A stretch of 64,000 bases of DNA, from positions 416,001-480,000 of the forward strand of contig CAWFOU010000001.1 of assembly GCA_963817525.1 (NCBI GenBank). The letters are read 5' to 3'. Shown here piece by piece: positions 36,883 through 46,202 of this stretch (position 1 is its first letter; every line of letters starts with the position of its first letter). The translations under genes and the position numbers were made by a program. The notes below the pieces were generated by a model. The model was not told the origin of the DNA. It did no database searches and saw only the letters and a list, made by a program, of their open reading frames with translations. Source of the DNA: an uncultured archaeon (GTDB lineage Archaea; Thermoproteota; Nitrososphaeria; Nitrososphaerales; Gagatemarchaeaceae).

Positions 36883-38340
36883 TCAGGCGGCCTCCGCGAG
36901 CGGCGGTGACCTCGGGGTCTGCCCTCCCGCGAGGGCGTTGGCGACTTCTAGCAGGGTCTCCTCCCCGAACCTAGGGGCGATGACCTGCATCCCAACCGGG
37001 AGGCCGTCGACGAACCCACAGGGCAAGCTCACGGCGGGAAGGCCCGTGAGGTTGGCAGCGACCGTGTTGATGTCTATCAGGTAGTCCTCGAGCGGGGTGA
37101 CCTCCTCCCCAAGCTTGGGGGGAAGCACCGGCATGGTCGGCCCAACCAGCACGTCGAACTTCTTCATCGCGACGGCGAATTCCTGCGTCAGCAGGGCCCT
37201 GACCTTCTGCGCCCTCACGTAGTATGCCTCATAGTAGCCAGCCGAAAGGACGAAAGTCCCGAGCATTATCCTCCTCTTCACCTCCTCGCCGAAGCCCTGA
37301 GTCCTGGCCTTTGTGAAGGCCGTGTTCCAGTCTGTGCTCCCCTTCTCCGGGGACAGCCCGTACCTCACCCCGTCGTACCTTGAGAGGTTCGAGCTGGCCT
37401 CCGCCATGGCGATTATGTAGTAGACCGCGAGCGAATGCGGGAGGGAGGCGATCGAGACGTCTGCCGCCTCGGCACCCAAGTCCTCCAGCTTGGCGCAGCC
37501 GTCCAAGACCTTCTCCTTCACCTTCGGCTGAGCGCCCTCCCCGAAGAACTCCTCGATCCTGCCCACCTTGAGGCCTTTGAGACCATGCCCCTTGGGATGC
37601 TCCACCGGTTCGCGGGCGGACGTGGCGTCTCCTGGGTCGTGTCCGGCGATCACGCGGAACAGCAACGAAGTGCTCTCCGCGTCTCTCCCAATGGGGCCGA
37701 TCTGCTCCAGGCTGTTCGCGTATGGGATTAGCCCGTAGCGGCTCACGCGCCCATATGTCGGCTTCAGCCCGACCACAGAGCAGAAGCTCGCGGGGCACCG
37801 TATCGACCCTCCTGTGTCCGAGCCCAGCGCCACCGAGGCCAGCCCCGCGGACACCGCGGCCGCGCTCCCTCCCGAGGACCCGCCAGGGACCCGGGAGAGG
37901 TCCCACGGGTTGAAGGTGGGGCCGTAACCCGAGTTCTGCGTCGTGTTGCCCATGCCGAACTCGTCCAGGTTCGTCTTCCCGAGCACTATGGCGTCAGCAT
38001 CCTGGACCCGAGCGACGGCGGTCGCGCTATATGGGGGGTTGAATCCCTGGAGTATCCTGGATGCGCAGGTCGCCTGGAGCGACTTCACGCAGATGTTGTC
38101 CTTGACGGCGACTCCCAACCCCGCGAGCCTGCCCAGCCTCTCTCCTTTCTTGACCCGGCGGTCGAGGGCCTTCGCTTTCCCTATCGCTCCGTCGCGGTCC
38201 AGTTGCAGGTAGGCGTGGACCTTCGGGTCGAGCCTGTCTATCCTGTCGATGATGGACGCTATGTACTCTTCTGCGCTCAGCTCTCCCCTGGACACCATCG
38301 AGGGGACCTTCGCGGGGCTGATCGCGGCCTTCGACGTCAA
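36883..38340 (-). CDS. gatA: Asp/Glu-tRNA amidotransferase subunit A
   Basis: GKTNLDEFGMG, PGGSSGGSAA, GSDTGGSIR, SNLSRYDGVRYG. Confidence 0.96.
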   Translation of the reverse strand: MTSKAAISPAKVPSMVSRGELSAEEYIASIIDRIDRLDPKVHAYLQLDRDGAIGKAKALDRRVKKGERLGRLAGLGVAVKDNICVKSLQATCASRILQGFNPPYSATAVARVQDADAIVLGKTNLDEFGMGNTTQNSGYGPTFNPWDLSRVPGGSSGGSAAAVSAGLASVALGSDTGGSIRCPASFCSVVGLKPTYGRVSRYGLIPYANSLEQIGPIGRDAESTSLLFRVIAGHDPGDATSAREPVEHPKGHGLKGLKVGRIEEFFGEGAQPKVKEKVLDGCAKLEDLGAEAADVSIASLPHSLAVYYIIAMAEASSNLSRYDGVRYGLSPEKGSTDWNTAFTKARTQGFGEEVKRRIMLGTFVLSAGYYEAYYVRAQKVRALLTQEFAVAMKKFDVLVGPTMPVLPPKLGEEVTPLEDYLIDINTVAANLTGLPAVSLPCGFVDGLPVGMQVIAPRFGEETLLEVANALAGGQTPRSPPLAEAA

Positions 38341-38343
38341 GGC

Positions 38344-38649
38344 TCAGAACACCCGGGGTGCTCTCACGTATCTTCCCTTCTTCTGGGGCACGCCCTCCAA
38401 CAGCTCTCCCGGGATGGATGGCCCCACCACGTCATCCCTCATGCCGGATCCGGGAGGTACATCTTGAAGCACAGCACCCTTCGGGACTTGCACGCTGTCC
38501 AGGCTGGCGAAATATCCCAGGATGGAGGCGAACTCTCCGCGCAGGCGCTCGGCCTCCTGTGAGGTCAGCGCGAGGCGCGAGAGCTCAGCGAGACGCTCGA
38601 CCTGTCGCATGTCTATCGCGGCAGCCTTCTTCTCCCTTCTTCGTGACAA
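38344..38649 (-). CDS. gatC: Asp/Glu-tRNA amidotransferase subunit C
   Basis: LAELSRL, MRDD, YVRAPRV; upstream of gatA. Confidence 0.85.
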   Translation of the reverse strand: MSRRREKKAAAIDMRQVERLAELSRLALTSQEAERLRGEFASILGYFASLDSVQVPKGAVLQDVPPGSGMRDDVVGPSIPGELLEGVPQKKGRYVRAPRVF

Positions 38650-38757
38650 GTATAGTCCGCGTGCCGTGTGTGGCGGATAAATGATTTACGCGCGCCCTGC
38701 CTGAGAAGTTTTTCTGCTGGACAACCCTTAAAGGTCGTCGGCGCGAGCTGATTCTGG

Positions 38758-39177
38758 TTGGTCAAGATCCCCGAGGAAGCGGTGACCCTCATCCTGAAGA
38801 ACGACAACGTAGTCTTGGTGGGCAGCGTCGACTCGAAGGGGGTGCCCAACATCGCGCCCAGGTTCGTGCTGGCCGTCATCGAGGACGAGAGGCTGCTGTT
38901 CGCCGACGCCTACAGGAACAAGACGTTCGACAACATCAAGGCGTGGAAAAAGGTCACGGTTTCGGTGATGGACAAGGAGACCATGGGGGGGTTTCAACTC
39001 AAAGGGGACGCCGAAGAGGTGGTGGACGAGGATCTGGTCGCTCAGGCAAGCGCAAAGCTCGCCGAGCACGGCATAGGCGCAAAGCCCCAGAAGGCGTGGG
39101 TGCTCGCGGTGAACGAGGTATATTCGCTCAAACCCGAGAGCAAGTCCAAGGCCCCGATCATTTCGGGCTACGGGTGA
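38758..39177 (+). CDS. Pyridoxamine 5'-phosphate oxidase-like flavin/F420-binding protein
   Basis: GSVDSKGVPN, KTFDNI, GFQLKG, EVYS. Confidence 0.75.
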   Translation: MVKIPEEAVTLILKNDNVVLVGSVDSKGVPNIAPRFVLAVIEDERLLFADAYRNKTFDNIKAWKKVTVSVMDKETMGGFQLKGDAEEVVDEDLVAQASAKLAEHGIGAKPQKAWVLAVNEVYSLKPESKSKAPIISGYG

Positions 39178-39419
39178 CTTGCCTAGGAGGTTGCGCGAAA
39201 GTCCCTATCGAGGCTTCCACTCTAGGGGGTGAGACGCAGTTTCTCTTCCTTTCATGGCGGACAAACGATTTAAGCGGTCTCCTGCTTTTTTTCCTACACC
39301 TCACCACCTTGGCGACTAGAGACAGGCAGTCTCCTTCCGACGGTGAGATGCGAGACGCGATGGACTGCGCCGGATGGATTGCACCCAAGATCAGTGGCCC
39401 TGAACATCCCTTTCGCCCC

Positions 39420-40832
39420 TCATCCTTTTCGCTTTCTTTCCCTTCGGACAACCAGAACGCCTCCGAAGAGCGCGAGACCTGCGATGCCCGCGGCTGCAAC
39501 GCCACTACTCGATGCCGTCAAGTGGTCGCCCACGCTGATCACGTCAGTCAGGGGAGCGGCTACGGGACTCACGTAATGGTCAATCACCCCGAGCGCATCA
39601 GAAAGGGAAGCCTGGATCGGAGGCACGTATTTGTCAACCAATTCTACGGCGTCCGAGAGAGGGGCATTCACAGGAAGCAGGTACTGGTCTAGCGTATGGA
39701 TCGTATCGAAGAGCGAAGCCGAAACTGGCGCCGCGTAAGTGTCCAGCGCACCCACGGCATCCGACAGAGGGGCGGTGACCGGTTGAACGTTCGCATCGGC
39801 CGCATTCAGACCATCCTGAAGGGTAGCCGTTACGGTAGAGGTCCCGGAAGACGTGCTGGTTGTCGATGCGCTAGTCGATGTGCTAGTCGATGTGCTAGTC
39901 GATGTGCTAGTCGATGTGCTAGTCGATGTGCTAGTCGATGTGCTAGTCGATGTGCTAGTCGATGTGCTAGTCGATGTGCTAGTCGATGTGCTAGTCGATG
40001 TGCTAGTCGATGTGCTAGTCGATGTGCTAGTCGATGATGTCGAAGTAGAAGGTGCGAGCGCTAACCCCATTTCTGCCCAGGGGTAGGCGCTCGAAGTTAA
40101 CGTAAAAGGAAAGTAGGTCGGCGAGGACACACCACTTGTAGCGTATTCGGCGCTACCGCCGTCCGTGCCACCGCTTGACCCGGGAGACAGGGTAAAGTTC
40201 TCACCTGCAGTCGCAGAAAACATGATCGGACTTCCAACCAAACTTGCAATGAAAGCACCGCTTTGAAATGATGCGGATGTGGAATATGTAGAGATAGAAC
40301 AGGAGGTAGCAGTAGAATATGGCTCGGTATAACAATCACCGCCCGCGGCTTCGTAAACAGCACCAACAGTGGTAACTCCAGATACTTCGTAGATGTAGAC
40401 CCCACCTAGCGTGGCACCGGCGAAGTTCACGAAAATAGAATCTGACCCACTCGAAGAAAGTGTTGCGTCATAGATGTATACCGCCTGGGGACTGTCGGTC
40501 CCTTCTGCCAGTAGCGTGAATGTTGATCCCAAAGTGTCCCCAACGGAACTTACTGTTCCAGAATCAACGGCGATCATGACTACAACCACATCTCCGGTCG
40601 TTACTGGACCTGGGAACGAAATTGGGGATGGAGAGCAATCCGTGGTCGTACAGCCACCGTTGTTCTGCTGGACTAGCGCTGACTGCGCCCTAACCGGCTG
40701 GGCGTAGACCAGGATAGAAAGAAGCAAGATTGCGGAGACAATGAGGACGGTGAACCCTTGGGTTGGGAAACTCCTGCGAGGCGATTTTTTGCGGAATGCC
40801 GAAGCTGGCATGATGTTAACTTCGACCGCCAT
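39420..40832 (-). CDS. Secreted surface protein: beta-rich domain, (ST)n stalk, 18-aa repeats, C-terminal TM anchor
   Basis: Signal peptide ending VRA, TS tandem run, TM followed by RRERKRKG. Confidence 0.7.
   Translation of the reverse strand: MAVEVNIMPASAFRKKSPRRSFPTQGFTVLIVSAILLLSILVYAQPVRAQSALVQQNNGGCTTTDCSPSPISFPGPVTTGDVVVVMIAVDSGTVSSVGDTLGSTFTLLAEGTDSPQAVYIYDATLSSSGSDSIFVNFAGATLGGVYIYEVSGVTTVGAVYEAAGGDCYTEPYSTATSCSISTYSTSASFQSGAFIASLVGSPIMFSATAGENFTLSPGSSGGTDGGSAEYATSGVSSPTYFPFTLTSSAYPWAEMGLALAPSTSTSSTSTSTSTSTSTSTSTSTSTSTSTSTSTSTSTSTSTSTSTSTSTSTSTSTSTSTSASTTSTSSGTSTVTATLQDGLNAADANVQPVTAPLSDAVGALDTYAAPVSASLFDTIHTLDQYLLPVNAPLSDAVELVDKYVPPIQASLSDALGVIDHYVSPVAAPLTDVISVGDHLTASSSGVAAAGIAGLALFGGVLVVRRERKRKG
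39870..40036. repeat. 12-bp minisatellite (gctagtcgatgt), about 14 perfect copies, encoding TSTS on the minus strand
   Basis: Read directly: 13 full units plus 11 nt. Confidence 0.95.
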
Positions 40833-40962
40833 CTGATGCGTAGTCAGCCGGCGCCATCATCGGTGGACGCGAATCGGTGGCGACAGCTTTTGAAGGCCTC
40901 GGTGGCGCCGCGATTAGGGACGCGAGGAGCCTTGCAAAGCTTCTCGTGTCACTCAACTCAAA

Positions 40963-41697
40963 TCAGGAGATGCTGAACGCGATGGTGACCACCAGCGTGT
41001 CGCCGGGTGACACGGGGGGAATGGCGCCGCCACCGAGCGTGCAACCTACGCCAGTTTCCGGATTACCACCAGCGTAGGCGTGAGTGCACAGTTCGTCGAA
41101 CGGAACGATGCCCGACCCACCACCCGCATTAATTCCCGCGACGACATCCTCTACGTGACAAGAAGTTCCGCAGTTCAATGCAGTGAAGGTAGAAACTGGG
41201 AATATGGCTAGGGTACTCCATCCGGTGCATGGGGGCGTCGATATAGCGAAGTTAGAGGGGTTTGTAACGCTGCATCCGGCCGGGGTGATAGAATTCGTCG
41301 CCGACGCAATTCTCAATGTGCAATCGGAAAGAATTGCTGCATAGCTGCACGTACCCGAAGGGTTGTCGAACGATATTTCGATGCCGTTTATCCAGGACGA
41401 ACATGTGCCAAAGAACCAAGGAGTTGTCGAACCGCCATCGCTTCCCGTCACGCAGCTGACAATGGCATTCATCCCGATGTTGGTCAATGGGTCCTGACCG
41501 TTCCATGTGGAGACAATCTTGCCATTGGCTCCAATTACCCTGATTGTTTCTGTACCTGAGATAGCTAGAGGCTGCTTTTGGGTCCCCGACGTTGTACCGG
41601 AAAACACGTTGGCGAAAATCGTGGTCCCGAGCAGAATCCCGACCACGACACTTCCGGCGATTGCTAGACCGACCTTAGTTCTGGATGAAGCCTTCAT
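40963..41697 (-). CDS. Secreted Cys-rich protein with N-terminal TM and C-terminal GDTLxVT strand
   Basis: Hydrophobic N-terminus, LTNIG motif, many Cys, PVSPGDTLVVTIAFSIS. Confidence 0.65.
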   Translation of the reverse strand: MKASSRTKVGLAIAGSVVVGILLGTTIFANVFSGTTSGTQKQPLAISGTETIRVIGANGKIVSTWNGQDPLTNIGMNAIVSCVTGSDGGSTTPWFFGTCSSWINGIEISFDNPSGTCSYAAILSDCTLRIASATNSITPAGCSVTNPSNFAISTPPCTGWSTLAIFPVSTFTALNCGTSCHVEDVVAGINAGGGSGIVPFDELCTHAYAGGNPETGVGCTLGGGAIPPVSPGDTLVVTIAFSIS

Positions 41698-41998
41698 CGA
41701 AGCTTCACAAGATGGGTCCAGTAGTTAAGTGCTCGTTTGGGCTTGGTTTGGCGATCTTTCATCGTCAGGTGACGCACGACAGTTCAGCACGTCACTACCC
41801 GATTGCGCGAGAGAGCATGGCCTTCGGGCCCTATCCCTAGGATTGGCGAAGGTGGGGTGCAATCCCAGCCCCTCGCTCATTTTGAGTTCTGAAGAGCAAT
41901 CGTTGAGATGCACCATGGTCTACAAGAACGTAGCCAATCGTTACAACGCTAATATTCATTACAGGCATAAGTCCACAGAGTTCAACTGTGGCAGATTG

Positions 41999-42544
41999 AT
42001 GAACGAACACAGCAAAGAGGAAGAAATCCGGGCCGTGGCTGATCTCGAGTCGATAAGAGAATGGTTTAGCTATAACGACCATGTCAGGAAGAAGTATCTG
42101 AAGGCTTTGGAGTCACTATCTGGTGAGCAACTGATGAAAGACAGGGGTGCTTCCTTTCCCTCGCTTCTTGACATCTCGGCGCACATTTTCTTCGCGTATC
42201 GGTTGTGGCTTATTGAGAGGTACGGTGGAGTTCCACTGGATGAGAGCGACTCCTTTGGGAGAAAGTGTGCCTCGATTGAGGATCTAAAAACTGATGCAGA
42301 AAAGATGAATCCCTACATCTTAGATTTCGTCCAGAAATTGCAACCGCAGGATCTCGGCCGCTGGATAGAGCGACCCAGAAATGGAGACTCGTTCAGTTTC
42401 AACGTGAAGAACATGTTGTGGCATCTGATCGAAGAAGAATTGCAACACAGGGGTGAGATCAACGCACTGCTCTGGCAGTCGGATATTGACCCACCGATTA
42501 CCGGCTGGGGAACTTGGAAACGAGAGACGGGATCAAGTGCCTGA
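41999..42544 (+). CDS. DinB/YfiT family protein
   Basis: WFSYN, FPSLLDISAHI, WHLIEEELQHRGEI; start set at ATG 41999. Confidence 0.8.
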   Translation: MNEHSKEEEIRAVADLESIREWFSYNDHVRKKYLKALESLSGEQLMKDRGASFPSLLDISAHIFFAYRLWLIERYGGVPLDESDSFGRKCASIEDLKTDAEKMNPYILDFVQKLQPQDLGRWIERPRNGDSFSFNVKNMLWHLIEEELQHRGEINALLWQSDIDPPITGWGTWKRETGSSA

Positions 42545-42620
42545 GAAGACTCAGGCGCGCCGGTCTTCTGTCTAGGTATGGTATGCCCGAAATTCGATAG
42601 AGGGGTTAGATGTCCGAGAC

Positions 42621-43982
42621 TTAGGGAGTGAGCCGCAGCTTGTCCCTGGGGTAGAGGGTTACCTCCCTGATGTTCTCCTCCCCGGCCAGCACCATGGTGA
42701 GCCTCTCGAGGCCAAGGCCGAACCCGGCGTGCGGAGGCATGCCATAGTCGAAGACCTTGAGGTGGTGCTCAAAGGCCTGGGGCTTGAGCTTCTGCTCCTT
42801 GAGCCTCTTCACCAAGAGGGCCTTCGAGCTCACTCTCGACCCGCCTGATGCGAGCTCCAGGGGGCCGTTCATCAGGTCGAAGGATTCGCTGGTCTTCGGG
42901 TCTTCGTCCCTGGGCTTGATGTAGAAGGGCTTGGTCTGCGTCGGCCAGTCGGTGATGAAATAGAAGGAAGGGTGCTCCTTCCCAAGCCTCTCGGTCGTCG
43001 GGCCGGTCAGGTCCTCGCCCCAGGAGACCTCCTCCCCCTCTTTCGCCAGGTGCTTCACCACGTCGTCGTAGCGGAGGCGCTCGAACTTGTCGGGAGCGCC
43101 GAGGGTGGAGCGGCCTAGCTCCTCTAGCTCCTTCGCGCAGTCGGCCTTCACCGACGCGATGACGTGCTTGACCAGCCCTTCGAGGGTGTCCATCACGTCG
43201 TTGTAGTCGACGAACGCCTCCTCGATGTCTATGGAGGTTATCTCGCTGAGATGCCTCTGGGTCCGCGACTCCTCGGCCCGGAAGACCGGGCCTATCTCGT
43301 ATACCTTCTCGAATGGGAGGACGAGCTCCTCTTTGTAGAGCTGGGGGCTCTGGGCCAAGAAGGAAGGTCGGTTGTAATAGAGGACGGAGAAGAGCGACGC
43401 CCCGCCCTCCGTGGCCGTGGAGATCAGCTTCGGCGTCCTGACCTCCAGGTACCCCTTGCCAGAAAGGAACTGCCTCACCGAGGAGAGCACCTTCCGCTGC
43501 ACCTTGAACGTGGCCTGGGCCCTTTCCCTCCTGAGGTCGACGGCGCGAATGTCCAGCCTCTTGTCAAGGGAGGGGGTCTCGCCGCCGTAGACGCTGAAAG
43601 AGGGCGTCTCCGTGGCGATGCTGAGGACCTTCAACTCCTCTGGCACCACCTCGGCCCCGTTCGGGGCCTTGGCCATGGCCTTCACGACCCCCTTGACCGC
43701 CACGCTGCTGTGGGGCTTGAGAACCTCGAGCCTGGCTAGGGTCTCCTTGCTCGCCTTACCCTTGTTCACGGTGACCTGGACATTTCCGTCGCGGTCGGTG
43801 AGCATGATGAAGACGATCCCGCCCTGCGTCCGGATGCTGCTCACCCAGCCGAAGACCACCACGCTCTTGCCGTCGAGGTCGGGCGTGATCTGAATGGAGT
43901 AGTGCGTCCGCCTCCATCCGCCCAACCCCTCCTCTAGTTTCGCCAGGCCGCTATCACTTTGGTGCACGACCGCGACTTGCAA
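42621..43982 (-). CDS. aspS: Aspartyl-tRNA synthetase (archaeal, likely non-discriminating)
   Basis: WRRTHY, RLDIRAVDLR, LAQSPQLYK, FRAEES, PPHAGFGLGLER. Confidence 0.95.
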   Translation of the reverse strand: MQVAVVHQSDSGLAKLEEGLGGWRRTHYSIQITPDLDGKSVVVFGWVSSIRTQGGIVFIMLTDRDGNVQVTVNKGKASKETLARLEVLKPHSSVAVKGVVKAMAKAPNGAEVVPEELKVLSIATETPSFSVYGGETPSLDKRLDIRAVDLRRERAQATFKVQRKVLSSVRQFLSGKGYLEVRTPKLISTATEGGASLFSVLYYNRPSFLAQSPQLYKEELVLPFEKVYEIGPVFRAEESRTQRHLSEITSIDIEEAFVDYNDVMDTLEGLVKHVIASVKADCAKELEELGRSTLGAPDKFERLRYDDVVKHLAKEGEEVSWGEDLTGPTTERLGKEHPSFYFITDWPTQTKPFYIKPRDEDPKTSESFDLMNGPLELASGGSRVSSKALLVKRLKEQKLKPQAFEHHLKVFDYGMPPHAGFGLGLERLTMVLAGEENIREVTLYPRDKLRLTP

Positions 43983-44113
43983 ATCCTATAAAACTCTTCG
44001 AGTATCGTTCTGGCCGCGGTCTCGTTCAGTCCACCCCTGAGACAGGGCACGATATCCGACGGAACAAACGCTATAAACAATTTCGCCCATCTAACTTAGG
44101 AGGTTCTACAAGC

Positions 44114-44770
44114 TTGAGCGAAGGCTCAGAACCCGAAGGCGCGCCCGACCAGAAGAAGAGGGACTTCCTGAAGGCCGCTGCCATTGCCTCCGCGGCCCTT
44201 GCGCTGGGCGGCGTCAGCGCCATCGTCGGAGACACGGTCTTCAAGACGAGCCAAGAGGAGACCACCTCGAGCGTCGCATTCCCTCGAGTCAGGGTCGTGG
44301 ACGAGGGCACCGGCCAGGTCGCCAACGTGAAGACGCTCCAGACAAACAGCCCCTTGAGATTCAGCTACCCCCTGACCGTCCAGCCTAGCCTCTTGGTAAA
44401 GCTCGGGGAGAAGGTCGAGGACGGCGTGGGGCCGGACGGCGACATCGTGGCTTTCAGCAGCATCTGCCAGCACCTTGGGTGCATCCTCTCTTTCCTCCCC
44501 GCGGGACAATCTGTCTACCCGGAGTACTGGACGGCCAAGGGGCCCTCGCTGTATTGCCAATGCCATTTCGCCGCGTATGACCTCCTGGACGACGGCGCCC
44601 TGATATGGCCTAGCCAAGCCCCACGCCCTGTCCCGCGGGTGATACTCGAGGTCGATGCAAAGTCCGGCGACGTCTACGCCACGGGGATGACGCTTCCGCT
44701 CATCTACGGCTTCGGGCAAGGATCTTCGACCGACCTGTCGTTGGACCTGCAGGGAGGGCCTTTGGCCTAG
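44114..44770 (+). CDS. Tat-exported Rieske 2Fe-2S protein, AioB-like
   Basis: KRDFLK signal, GVGPDGDIVAFSSICQHLGC, CQCHFAAYD. Confidence 0.8.
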   Translation: MSEGSEPEGAPDQKKRDFLKAAAIASAALALGGVSAIVGDTVFKTSQEETTSSVAFPRVRVVDEGTGQVANVKTLQTNSPLRFSYPLTVQPSLLVKLGEKVEDGVGPDGDIVAFSSICQHLGCILSFLPAGQSVYPEYWTAKGPSLYCQCHFAAYDLLDDGALIWPSQAPRPVPRVILEVDAKSGDVYATGMTLPLIYGFGQGSSTDLSLDLQGGPLA

Positions 44771-44845
44771 CCCTATCGATGATTCGCCATATGGACCGGT
44801 GAAACGCTTAAGAGAGGCCCGGCCCCTTTTTTCAACCGGAAACGG

Positions 44846-45886
44846 TTGGATTTTCACTCGCAAATTCCCGACAGCCTGAGCGCGGTGCCCCCCGGGAGGC
44901 TGGCCGACTCGTTCGGGCGGTTCGCGAGCAAGCTCAGGGTCTCGGTCACCGACAGGTGCAACTTCCGGTGCGACTTTTGCATGCCGGACAAGCCGGCGTG
45001 GCTCGAGCATTCGGAGCTCCTGACCTTCGAGGAGATGGCCCGGGTCACCGGGATCCTCGCCACGATGGGGGTGGAGAAGGTCCGGGTCAGCGGGGGCGAG
45101 CCTCTGGTGAGGAAGGACGTGGAGGACCTCGTGGGGATGCTCGCGAGGGTGCACGGGATAAGGAGCGTCGCGATGACGACCAACGGCGCCCTGCTCGAGG
45201 AGAAGGCCTCGGCGCTGAAGAGCAACGGGCTGAAGGGGGTGACGGTGAGCCTCCACAGCCTGAAGCCGGAGCTCTACGACCAGATCACAGGGACGAAGGA
45301 CATGTTCTCAAGGGTGATGCGCGGGATCCAGGAGGCGGAGAGGGTGGGGCTCGGCCCGGTCAAGATCAACTGCGTGGTGACGCGGGGGTGCAACGAAGGC
45401 GAGATCCTCGACTTTGCCAGGATGGCCCACGACGCCGGCCGAAACGTGAGGTTCATCGAGTACATGCCCTTCGACGGGAGCAAGTTTTGGGACACCGCGA
45501 TGGTCGTCCCTGGGAGCGAGATAGTCGAGACGATATCCAAGACTTACGGGCTCGAGCCCGTGAAGAGCGAGCACGGCTCGACCTCCAGCAACTACAGGTT
45601 CAGGGACGGCTCCCAGGGGAGCATAGGCACCATCACCTCCATGTCCAAGCCGTTCTGTGGGGACTGTGACAGGATCCGCCTGAAGGCGAACGGCAACCTG
45701 GTCCCCTGCCTGTTCAGCGTCGCCGAATACGACCTCAAGCACCTGCTCCGCGGGGGAGCTTCGGACGAGGAGATAGAGGAGGCGGTCCGAAGGGCGTTCT
45801 GGCAGAAGTTCGAGGGGGTCGGCAGCCTGATGGAGAACAAGGTGGAGGTGAGGCACGTCAGGCCGATGTACACGATCGGCGGATGA
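44846..45886 (+). CDS. moaA: GTP 3',8-cyclase
   Basis: LRVSVTDRCNFRCDFCMP, SGGEP, FIEYMP, FCGDCDRIRL, C-terminal IGG. Confidence 0.95.
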   Translation: MDFHSQIPDSLSAVPPGRLADSFGRFASKLRVSVTDRCNFRCDFCMPDKPAWLEHSELLTFEEMARVTGILATMGVEKVRVSGGEPLVRKDVEDLVGMLARVHGIRSVAMTTNGALLEEKASALKSNGLKGVTVSLHSLKPELYDQITGTKDMFSRVMRGIQEAERVGLGPVKINCVVTRGCNEGEILDFARMAHDAGRNVRFIEYMPFDGSKFWDTAMVVPGSEIVETISKTYGLEPVKSEHGSTSSNYRFRDGSQGSIGTITSMSKPFCGDCDRIRLKANGNLVPCLFSVAEYDLKHLLRGGASDEEIEEAVRRAFWQKFEGVGSLMENKVEVRHVRPMYTIGG

Positions 45887-45896
45887 TCCCTAGAAG

Positions 45897-46148
45897 ATGC
45901 CGATCCGCGTCAGGGTGCTCTACTTCGGCCAGGCGAGGGACGCCGCAGGGAGAGGCGAAGAGGTGGTGTCCCTCCCCAGCGCCTCGTCTGTGGGGGCCTT
46001 GGTAGACCGCTCGTTGAAAGCGCATCAGCGGCTCCGGACGATGTCGGCGGCGATGCGCGTCGCGGTCAACGAGGAGATAGCGGAGAGAGACGACCGCCTG
46101 GCAGAGGGAGACGTCGTCGCATTCCTCCCGCCCGTGGCAGGTGGTTGA
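45897..46148 (+). CDS. moaD: Molybdopterin synthase sulfur carrier (MoaD/SAMP)
   Basis: VLYFG, VAVNEE, PPVAGG C-terminus. Confidence 0.92.
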   Translation: MPIRVRVLYFGQARDAAGRGEEVVSLPSASSVGALVDRSLKAHQRLRTMSAAMRVAVNEEIAERDDRLAEGDVVAFLPPVAGG

Positions 46149-46202
46149 ACGGCCTCTCGCGTCGAGCGAAGGCTGACGCGGAGGAAGATCGACCCCGCGA
46201 CC

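Noticed and set aside
39870-40036. Possible CRISPR array
   Set aside because: Head-to-tail 12-mers with no spacers, in frame within a CDS, and no cas genes
41806-41879. tRNA-Pyl/amber suppressor (cta in a loop)
   Set aside because: No U33, non-canonical arms and no pyl genes; kept only as a generic structured element
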